DNA of 15,101 nt. Source: Candidatus Heimdallarchaeota archaeon (lineage in GTDB: Archaea > Asgardarchaeota > Heimdallarchaeia > Heimdallarchaeales > Heimdallarchaeaceae). Below, one piece after another: positions 8,172 through 15,101 of this stretch (position 1 is its first letter; each line of letters starts with the position of its first letter). Below the pieces are notes generated by a model. That model saw nothing but the letters and a program-made list of their open reading frames with translations, had not been told where the DNA came from and searched no databases. The stretch covers positions 1 to 15,101 of the forward strand of contig JAEOTE010000020.1 in assembly GCA_016839945.1 (NCBI GenBank), written 5' to 3'. Both the position numbers and the translations under genes were made by a program.

Positions 8172-9335
8172 ATGGTTAAATTAGTAAAAACTCCTATGTG
8201 GAAAATCCATGAAGATGCTGGAGCTAGAATGATTGATTTTGCAGGATATTATCTACCTGTTTCTTATACTGGAATAGATGAAGAAATCATGGCAACAAGA
8301 GAGAATGTATCTATTGTTGAAGTAACTGATATGGGTCGTTATTCCTTAAAAGGTAAGTATGCATCTAAATTAATGGAACTTCTCACACCAAGAGACATAG
8401 CTGCTATGTCCGATATGAAATGTGGTTACACCTATTACCTCAATGAGAATGGTGGCTACAGAGATGATACAATAATTGGAAAGAAAAGTGAAACTGATTT
8501 TTTCAATGTTTGCAATGCAGGGGATCAAACTACAAAAGTCCTTGCATGGATTGGTCAATTTGTTAAAATCTTCGAAGAATTCACTAAAGAACCTCTTGAG
8601 TTCAAAGATTGGACTCTGGAAACAACTATGTTTGCAGTTCAAGGACCAAATTATAAAGTAATTTTAGATAATTTGGGTGTTCCAGACACAGGAAGATGGC
8701 AGATGATCGAAGCTGAAGTTGAAGGGTGTAAATGTTTATTCACTGGCACTGGTTACACTGGTGAGAATGGATTTGAAGTAGTCATCTTTGATTCTGATCT
8801 ACAAAATCCAGAAAAAGGTATTAAGGTTTGGAATGCTATTTTAGAAGCAGGTAAAGATGTAGGCATAGCTCTCTGTGGTCTTGGAGCTCGTGATGCTTTA
8901 AGAATAGAAGCTGGACTTCCCCTCTATGGTGAAGACATTCATGAGGAAGTTAACCCAGTTGAAACCGGATATGATTTCAAAATTTTCTGCAAACATGACA
9001 AAGAACCATTCTACTTTGGTAAAGAAGCTATACTAAAAGCTAAAAATGAAGGCATAAAGATTAAACATGTTGGAATAAAGCTTAAAGAAAAAGGTATCCC
9101 TCGTGCTGATTATGAAATACTCAATTCTGCTGGAGAGAAAATAGGTTACATGGTTAACGGTGTTCGCTCTCCTACCATTGGAAATGTTGGTATTGGAATG
9201 GGCTTTGTAGAAATTAAATACGCTGAACCAGGTACAGATGTTTTAGTCCAAATTCGTAAGAACCAAGTTAAAGCTGAAGTTATCAAACTACCATTTTATG
9301 ACACAACCAAATATGGTTGGAAAAGAGAAGCTTAA
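8172..9335 (+). CDS. gcvT: Glycine cleavage system aminomethyltransferase T
   Basis: KTP..H...GARMIDFAGYYLP, GGYRDD, AVQGP, TGYTGENGFE, GLGARDALRIEAGLPLYG, SPT and LPFYD. ATG at 8172 (track uses TTG 8166). Confidence 0.93.
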   Translation: MVKLVKTPMWKIHEDAGARMIDFAGYYLPVSYTGIDEEIMATRENVSIVEVTDMGRYSLKGKYASKLMELLTPRDIAAMSDMKCGYTYYLNENGGYRDDTIIGKKSETDFFNVCNAGDQTTKVLAWIGQFVKIFEEFTKEPLEFKDWTLETTMFAVQGPNYKVILDNLGVPDTGRWQMIEAEVEGCKCLFTGTGYTGENGFEVVIFDSDLQNPEKGIKVWNAILEAGKDVGIALCGLGARDALRIEAGLPLYGEDIHEEVNPVETGYDFKIFCKHDKEPFYFGKEAILKAKNEGIKIKHVGIKLKEKGIPRADYEILNSAGEKIGYMVNGVRSPTIGNVGIGMGFVEIKYAEPGTDVLVQIRKNQVKAEVIKLPFYDTTKYGWKREA

Positions 9336-9340
9336 ACTTC

Positions 9341-9361
9341 ACTTTCTTCTTTTTTTATTTT
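9341..9361 (+). terminator. Oligo-T terminator-like tract after gcvT
   Basis: ACTTTCTTCTTTTTTTATTTT begins a few nt after the TAA at 9335. Confidence 0.6.
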
Positions 9362-9429
9362 ATATTTAACGTATCTATTAATAAGTGTCTATAACTTTAT
9401 AAAAAAGGAGACATTATAGGTGCTCTTTT

Positions 9430-10527
9430 ATGAGAAGTAAAAAGACAAGTTTTTTTCAAAAAACTTTCACTTTTTGGATTGTTATATTATTAGTACTTTT
9501 TGCATATACTTCTACGCCAAATGCTCAAACACAATTCTATATTAACAAAGTAGCTAAAATTGGTGCTTCAGGTGTTGGTTATGATATTTGTGCAAATGGT
9601 GATTTCGTTTACATTACTGATAATGATGGATATGTAGTTGTTGATGTTCAAAATCCATCTAAACCTAAGAAAGTGGGAGAATTCAAGATAGATGATGGGG
9701 CATTTGGTATTTTTATTAAGCAAAATGTAGCATTTGTTGCAGCACAATCCCAAGGATTGATCATAACGAATATTAGCAACCCTTTGAGTCCATCTCAACT
9801 TGGCCAAATTGATATTGATGGTGCTTCTAACAATGTTTTTGTGTTAGACGATTTTGCATATGTTACAAATTACGACAATGGATTACATATTATTGACATA
9901 ACTGATTTGAGTAATCCAATAAAGATTGGAGAATATTCCTATGATGGAAGAGCAGATGGAGTTACGGTAGTTAATAATATTGCATATGTAGCAAATCCAA
10001 ATTCAGGTGTGAATGTTTTAAACATATCAATCCCTTCATCTCCACAAAAAATCAAAACTCTAGGTGGTACTGCTACTGGGATTTCAATTCATGAAAAATT
10101 GCTTTTTGTTGGTTGTTATTCAAGTAAGGTGATGGTTTTTGATATATCATTTTTAGAGAACCCAATTTTACTAGGTTCTCACAGTGATAATGATGGTGGT
10201 GAAGCTCAGGGAGTTGTAGGTAATAGTACTCATCTCTTTGTCGCAGATAATTTTGGTGTAGAATTTTTAGACATAAGTGATTTACCTACTATTACAAAAA
10301 TAGCAGAAAATAGAGAAGGGATTTCAGCTGCTCATGATATAGATTTCGAGGGTAATTTCTTATTTGCAGCTGGAGGAAGTATATTTGGGAGCTTATTTTT
10401 TGAAATAAGTACTAAACAAAAATCAAATCTACTTGGAATTTACATTGGTGTTCCTATAGCTGTTTTAGTGACATCAATTTCTATCTGGTCAGTATATAGA
10501 TTTGTTATTAAAAAGAAAAGAAGCTAA
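9430..10527 (+). CDS. LVIVD-repeat (beta-propeller-like) cell-surface protein
   Basis: N-terminal signal peptide; about six ~41-aa repeats (YVVVDVQNPSKP, LIITNISNPLSP, LHIIDITDLSNP, VNVLNISIPSSP, VMVFDISFLENP, VEFLDISDLPT); C-terminal TM helix followed by KKKRS. Confidence 0.88.
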   Translation: MRSKKTSFFQKTFTFWIVILLVLFAYTSTPNAQTQFYINKVAKIGASGVGYDICANGDFVYITDNDGYVVVDVQNPSKPKKVGEFKIDDGAFGIFIKQNVAFVAAQSQGLIITNISNPLSPSQLGQIDIDGASNNVFVLDDFAYVTNYDNGLHIIDITDLSNPIKIGEYSYDGRADGVTVVNNIAYVANPNSGVNVLNISIPSSPQKIKTLGGTATGISIHEKLLFVGCYSSKVMVFDISFLENPILLGSHSDNDGGEAQGVVGNSTHLFVADNFGVEFLDISDLPTITKIAENREGISAAHDIDFEGNFLFAAGGSIFGSLFFEISTKQKSNLLGIYIGVPIAVLVTSISIWSVYRFVIKKKRS

Positions 10528-11342
10528 TTACTTTCTTCTTTTTTTCTTAGATATTCTTCTGGATCTTCCCAAACGGGAATTTTTGCCTTATTCACGTGTT
10601 CAGCCATGAATATTACTGAAGCTGTATCTAAATCTAATTCTCCTCCTTTTTTTCTCTTATGTCTTTTTTCTGCAAATTTCTCTATAAATTCTGGAGGAGA
10701 TTTATATTTGATCTCAAAAGTTTCAGTTATTGCATTTGGGTTGATTTGATCGATTCTATGAATTAGAGCCCAAGCAGCTTGTTGATAATCGGGAAGTTTT
10801 TCTGGTTTTATTACCCCTAACAATATTCGGTCACCTAATGATAACTTAGGTGGTATTACTCCAGGAGTATCAAAGATTCTTAATCTAGTTGTAATTCGTA
10901 AAACTTGTAGTGCTCTTGTAAAGCCAGGTATTGGTGCAACTGGAGCACTTGATCTTCCTTTTAAAATATTAATTAGAGAACTTTTGCCAGTATTTGGTAG
11001 TCCGATAAAACACGCAGTTATATAGAAGAAATCTTTTCTAACTGCTCTTATTATTGAATTTCTTAAAACCTTAGTACTCAACCTTTCTCTAGCTGATGTT
11101 GGGATTACATCTATATTTTCATCATTTAGGATATTTTTCCATTTTTGTACTACTTTATTAGGAACAAGATCTACTTTATTCATAGCTACAAGAAGTTTTT
11201 TTGATCTATCTCGTTTAACCATATTTTCATATCTCTTAGCTCTTGAAAGACTAGGGAAACGAGCATCTATTACCTCAACGGTTACATCGCTTCCTTTAAT
11301 CATCTTTCGTACCATTGTGTCGAAATCTTGTTTCTTAGACAT
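10524..11342 (-). CDS. Circularly permuted GTPase, YlqF/RbgA-Nog2/Nug1 family (large ribosomal subunit biogenesis)
   Basis: EVIDARFP, then G4 NKVD and G5 SAR preceding G1 GLPNTGKSS, G2 PGFT and G3 DTPG; C-terminal KKGGELD. A GGTGA SD-like motif supports ATG 11342 over GTG 11351. Confidence 0.92.
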   Translation of the reverse strand: MSKKQDFDTMVRKMIKGSDVTVEVIDARFPSLSRAKRYENMVKRDRSKKLLVAMNKVDLVPNKVVQKWKNILNDENIDVIPTSARERLSTKVLRNSIIRAVRKDFFYITACFIGLPNTGKSSLINILKGRSSAPVAPIPGFTRALQVLRITTRLRIFDTPGVIPPKLSLGDRILLGVIKPEKLPDYQQAAWALIHRIDQINPNAITETFEIKYKSPPEFIEKFAEKRHKRKKGGELDLDTASVIFMAEHVNKAKIPVWEDPEEYLRKKEESN

Positions 11343-11374
11343 CTTGTTCACCGATATAATTGTTTTCTCTATTA

Positions 11375-11563
11375 TTAAAATTCCCTAGGTGGACCTACAT
11401 CTGGATGTTTGGGATCAAAGGGTCTACTTGGAGGTTTTGTTGGGTGAATTGGGTGTGGAAGATCGTGATCTTTAATGTGTGACTCAAGTAATTTACGTAA
11501 CCTTTCAACCTCATTTTCAAGCTTCTTTATCCTTTCTTCAAGGGGAAGTAATTCTTTATGCAT
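11375..11563 (-). CDS. Small hypothetical protein: coiled coil plus His/Pro-rich tail
   Basis: 62 aa filling the gap between the GTPase and TatD genes. Heptad pattern LEERIKKLENEVERLRKLLE; tandem TAA TAA stop. Confidence 0.7.
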   Translation of the reverse strand: MHKELLPLEERIKKLENEVERLRKLLESHIKDHDLPHPIHPTKPPSRPFDPKHPDVGPPREF

Positions 11564-11615
11564 GTTATAAGAGTAAAAGTGAAAAAATATAAACGATGTG
11601 ATTGAAGTTTAAAAC

Positions 11616-12389
11616 ATGGAATTTCATGATGCCCATTGTCATTTACCAGATAATTATTTCTATAGAGAAATAGAAAGATTCATGCAGGAATGGAAAAAAA
11701 GTGGTTTGGAATATGTTATTAGTGTATCATCGAACTTCTCTGAATCTCTTCGTAGTATTGAGCTTCACAAGAAATATGCAGAGATAATTCCTGGAATAGG
11801 CATTCATCCATGGAAAGCAAAGAAAAGCTTAACTGATGAACAGAAAAACAAGTTTAATCAGTTAGTTGAAGAAAATCTTCCTGTAGTTATAGGGGAGTTT
11901 GGTTTAGATCATCATTTCATAAAAAAGGAAGAATACTATTCACATCAAGATGAAACATTTCGCTTCTTTCTAAGTTTGGCAGAGAAGTATAATTTACCTA
12001 TAAATATACACCTGAAAGGAGCAGAAAGATTGGTTGCCGAAATCCTTGAAACATATAATATTCCATCTCATAATATACTAATTCATTGGTATTCTGGACC
12101 TGAGAACATTCTTAAAAAATTCATTGAAAGAGATTACTTTTTTAGTATTAATCCTTCAATACTTGGGGGTTCTAAACATATTATTGTACTCACTCAAGCT
12201 GAACTAAATCAAATTCTAACCGAATCAGATGGTAATGTGAAATATACAATAGATAAGGAAAGAATTGTGGGATCCCCAGCACTAATCCCCAGAATTATTG
12301 AAAGAATATGTGAGGAAAAAGAAAAAGATGTTCTTGAAATTTCAAATATTCTTCATAGTAACTTAAGAACATATTTAAACTTGGATTAA
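11616..12389 (+). CDS. tatD: TatD-family metal-dependent nuclease
   Basis: DAHCH, GIHPW, IGEFGLD, PINIH, IHW and LTESD motifs. Confidence 0.92.
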   Translation: MEFHDAHCHLPDNYFYREIERFMQEWKKSGLEYVISVSSNFSESLRSIELHKKYAEIIPGIGIHPWKAKKSLTDEQKNKFNQLVEENLPVVIGEFGLDHHFIKKEEYYSHQDETFRFFLSLAEKYNLPINIHLKGAERLVAEILETYNIPSHNILIHWYSGPENILKKFIERDYFFSINPSILGGSKHIIVLTQAELNQILTESDGNVKYTIDKERIVGSPALIPRIIERICEEKEKDVLEISNILHSNLRTYLNLD

Positions 12390-12401
12390 ATTGAAGTCAT
12401 A

Positions 12402-13433
12402 ATGGCAACAAGGAACTTGGATGAACTTCTTGAAAAAAAAGAGAACTATAAAAAAAGGGTCTTGGAACTTGTAAAAGAATCCAATAGAAAGGTAGCTTAC
12501 CACTTTAATTGCCCTGATGGCATTATTTCTGCTTCTTTGGTGAAATATCTTTTTTCTAATGAAAAATTTGTTTTTATTCCACTTGATTACGCATTTTTTA
12601 AAGATGAAACTATGATAAAGGATTTAGCAAATGCAGAATGGTTTGCGATTGTTGACTTAGAACCTTTTAATCATCAACCAGCCGAATATTTTATTGACCA
12701 TCATATTTCTAATGCTGATAAGAAGTTCAATGCAAAAAATGTTAGTTTTATTGCTGGGGCTCCAAGTGCAGCGTATCTTATTGAGAAGTTATTTTTTGCT
12801 GAATTACCTGAATATCTTAAAGAAATAGTAAAAATAAGCACTGTAACAGACACTGCAAGCTATAAAATCCCTGCACCTTTAGACGTTCAAGAAAAACCTT
12901 CAGAAATGAGTTGGGATGAAAAAATTTGGTTCCTTCAGGATGTTTGTAAATCAGCTTTCACTATTAAAGAACATAATGAGTTACTAGAATTTCTTTCATC
13001 AGAAGGCTGGAACGGATTATGGAAAAAACATCTTATTGAAAAAGTTAAGAGATTACGTAATAAGAGAAAAATCTCAAAAGAAGTAGCACAAAAAATTACT
13101 CTTTCTGACTTTGTAGTTGTAGTCGATAAACCTCTTCACTATAATTTGGCTTACATTGCTAGTGACCTTCAGAAAAGAGGAGCTCTTGGAGCTGGTTTTA
13201 TAACAGTTTATCCATCTGAAGTAAAAGTAAGTCTTAGACTAAGCAAATCTCTTACACCTGAACAAGTGGAAAAATATCGTGTTGACTTATTAGCAAAAAC
13301 CATGTCTGGAGGAGGTCACAAACCAGCTTCTGGAGCAGAAATGAGTAATCTTGAAGAAGCTCTCGAAAAGATAGATTCTTGGGGAAGAAAAAAAGGATTA
13401 GAAGTAAATATAGTAGATTTAAGAGAAAAATAA
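12402..13433 (+). CDS. DHH/DHHA1 family phosphoesterase (nanoRNase/pAp phosphatase-like)
   Basis: YHFNCPDG, IVD, IDHH, TDT, VSLR and GGGHKPASG motifs. Starts 12 nt after tatD, so likely co-transcribed. Confidence 0.88.
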   Translation: MATRNLDELLEKKENYKKRVLELVKESNRKVAYHFNCPDGIISASLVKYLFSNEKFVFIPLDYAFFKDETMIKDLANAEWFAIVDLEPFNHQPAEYFIDHHISNADKKFNAKNVSFIAGAPSAAYLIEKLFFAELPEYLKEIVKISTVTDTASYKIPAPLDVQEKPSEMSWDEKIWFLQDVCKSAFTIKEHNELLEFLSSEGWNGLWKKHLIEKVKRLRNKRKISKEVAQKITLSDFVVVVDKPLHYNLAYIASDLQKRGALGAGFITVYPSEVKVSLRLSKSLTPEQVEKYRVDLLAKTMSGGGHKPASGAEMSNLEEALEKIDSWGRKKGLEVNIVDLREK

Positions 13434-13443
13434 AGGATCTATT

Positions 13444-14919
13444 CTACCCTTTCACGTTACCAATAGGTCTAACCCTAACTATAGGATGACTAATACCTGT
13501 TTGTTTTAGCGCTTTTACAACTTCATCTATATTTTTGTATGCAAAACCTGCTTCTTCCGCTAATCCAGGCATTGAAGCACCTTTTACATAAATGCCTTTT
13601 TCTCTCATTTTTCTTTGGAGAAAATCTCCCCTAATTTTTCTTTTTGCTTTGCTTCTACTCATTGTTCTTCCAGCTCCATGAGCTGTAGAACCAAAACTAA
13701 CATCCATTGCTTCTTGAGTACCAACTAGAAGATAAGATCCTGTTTCCATTGATCCACCTAATATAACGGGTTGACCTATTTCTTGATATTCTTGTGGAAT
13801 TTCTGGATGATGAGGTGGAAATCCTCTAGTTGCTGCTTTTCTATGAATCATTAATGTTTTCTTTTTTCCATCAAGAATGTGTTCTTCAATTTTTGCAATA
13901 TTATGTGCAACATCATAAATTAGATCTAATCCTAGTTCATCTTCATCTTTATTGAAAACTTCAGTGAAAACATTCCTAACATTATGGGTAATTATTTGCC
14001 TATTTGCATAAGCCATATTCGATGCACAACTCATAGCTGCAAAGTAATTTTCACCTTCTTTAGATTTAATAGGAACACTAGCCAGTTCTTGATCTAAAAT
14101 TGGAATATTGTATCTTTGCATTGCACTCAAACACGTTCTCAGATAATCAGTAGCTACTTGATGACCTAATCCTCTTGAACCACAATGTATCATTACAGTA
14201 ACTTGATAAGGTTTTATTATTCCCAGTTTTTCACCAATCTCTTTGTCGAAAATATCTCCTGGTTTTATTACTTGTATTTCCAGATAATGGTTACCAGAAC
14301 CTAATGTACCAAGTTGATTTACACCTCTACTTTGAGCTTTATCACTTACTTTGGATGAATCTGCTTGTGGCATTTTTCCTTGACTTTCAATTCTCCTAAT
14401 ATCTTCCTCTCTAGCATAACCATTTTCAAGACACCATTGAGCCCCAATTTCTAGAACAGTTGAAAACTCAGATCGAGACATACTTTTGAGACGAGGATCA
14501 TGTGTAAGTTTGACACCTACTCCAGCTGGGACACGTCGGAAAAGTTTCTCAACCAGTTCTTGGATTCTTGGTTTTACGTCTCTTTCTTCAAGAGTTGTTG
14601 TAAGCATCCTAACTCCACAATTGATATCAAAACCAACACCTCCAGGACTAATAACACCTTCTTCCATATCCATAGCTGCAACACCACCTATAGGAAAACC
14701 ATAACCAGTGTGAGCATCTGGAAGTGCAATAGCGTATTTCTGAATTCCAGGAAGAGTTGCAACATTTGTTATTTGTTGAATTACTCGGTTTTCAATTCCT
14801 TGTTTCAGATTTGGTGTTAAATAAAATCTTGCAGGTACTCTCATACCTTTCTTAAATGAGGTAGGTATTTCCCATGTGGTATCATTAATTTTCTTCATTG
14901 AAACACTTTCGGAAGTCAT
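13444..14919 (-). CDS. rtcB: RNA-splicing/repair ligase RtcB
   Basis: PDAHTGYGFPIGG, GFDINCGVR, GTLGSGNHYLE, HCGSRGLG, YDVAHN, HRKAATR, STAHGAGR and terminal KG. Start is probably ATG 14919 or 14928 rather than TTG 14982. Confidence 0.97.
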   Translation of the reverse strand: MTSESVSMKKINDTTWEIPTSFKKGMRVPARFYLTPNLKQGIENRVIQQITNVATLPGIQKYAIALPDAHTGYGFPIGGVAAMDMEEGVISPGGVGFDINCGVRMLTTTLEERDVKPRIQELVEKLFRRVPAGVGVKLTHDPRLKSMSRSEFSTVLEIGAQWCLENGYAREEDIRRIESQGKMPQADSSKVSDKAQSRGVNQLGTLGSGNHYLEIQVIKPGDIFDKEIGEKLGIIKPYQVTVMIHCGSRGLGHQVATDYLRTCLSAMQRYNIPILDQELASVPIKSKEGENYFAAMSCASNMAYANRQIITHNVRNVFTEVFNKDEDELGLDLIYDVAHNIAKIEEHILDGKKKTLMIHRKAATRGFPPHHPEIPQEYQEIGQPVILGGSMETGSYLLVGTQEAMDVSFGSTAHGAGRTMSRSKAKRKIRGDFLQRKMREKGIYVKGASMPGLAEEAGFAYKNIDEVVKALKQTGISHPIVRVRPIGNVKG

Positions 14920-14928
14920 CTTTATCAT

Positions 14929-15029
14929 CAAAAAGAAAGTTTGTGTTTTAATAAATGTCGTGTTTAAACAGAAATTTAGCAAAAAAGGTATAATTTTTAA
15001 CTGAGAGTTGCAACTTTGGGTTGAGTATA
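14929..15029. promoter_or_regulatory. rtcB/archease divergent promoter with two perfect 10-bp palindromes
   Basis: TGTTTAAACA (14961-14970) and AGTTGCAACT (15006-15015). TATA-like TTTATTAAA on the minus strand (~14955-14947) and TTTTTAA on the plus strand (14994-15000). Confidence 0.45.
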
Positions 15030-15101
15030 ATGTTTGAGTATAAAATACTCGAAGATGAAGTAAAGTCTGACTATGCTTTTGAGGTCATTGCTGATACCTT
15101 A
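15030..15101 (+). CDS. Archease (RtcB activator), 5' partial
   Basis: Manual translation MFEYKILEDEVKSDYAFEVIADTL, open to the window end. It resembles the archease N-terminus (Y/F-x-x-L-E/D...AD-x-x-F-x-x-x-G-x-T-L) and is adjacent to rtcB. Only 24 codons are visible. Confidence 0.75.
   Translation, partial: MFEYKILEDEVKSDYAFEVIADTL

Noticed and set aside
11616-13433. TatD/DHH as an anti-phage defence system (e.g. QatABCD-like)
   Set aside because: No ATPase, QueC or other defence partners, and the context is housekeeping.
1561-14820. Short track ORFs 1561-1788, 4757-5008, 6343-6612, 8370-8642, 8476-8661, 9568-9807, 14486-14704 and 14500-14820
   Set aside because: All lie essentially within well-supported genes (antisense or alternative frame) and have no motifs.
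14929-14982. N-terminal extension of RtcB from TTG 14982
   Set aside because: Covers the TATA-like and palindrome region. RtcB-like sequence starts near Met 14919.
1-15101. tRNA, rRNA, CRISPR array, IS element or integrase
   Set aside because: Intergenic gaps are under ~130 nt and AT-rich. I saw no cloverleaf, repeat-spacer periodicity, terminal inverted repeats or transposase motifs.

Overview
AT-rich, gene-dense archaeal window. Asgard or Heimdallarchaeia-like origin is my inference from TATA-type promoters, GGTGA ribosome-binding motifs, oligo-T 3' ends, archaeal-type RtcB/archease and membrane-anchored surface proteins. From left to right: a gene running off the left edge with a class III (archaeal pilin-like) signal peptide, missing from the ORF track; a doubly disrupted surface-protein pseudogene; a divergent urocanate hydratase; a multi-Fe-S radical SAM protein; an SDR; a GrpB-family protein; an Nox/CoA-disulfide-reductase-like flavoprotein; agmatinase; GcvT; an LVIVD-repeat surface protein; a circularly permuted YlqF/RbgA-type GTPase; a 62-aa coiled-coil/His-Pro protein; TatD; a DHH phosphoesterase; RtcB; and the 5' end of a divergently transcribed archease, also missing from the ORF track. 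I found no tRNA, rRNA, CRISPR array or mobile element. The best leads are (i) the RtcB-archease-TatD-DHH-GTPase nucleic-acid end-processing neighbourhood, (ii) the HutU variant lacking the conserved Cys, next to a radical SAM gene rather than hutH/hutI, (iii) the pilin-like and pseudogenised surface locus, and (iv) a 14-bp 3'-end motif repeated three times and dual-coded inside a convergent gene. All family calls come from motif recognition by eye, and no searches were run.
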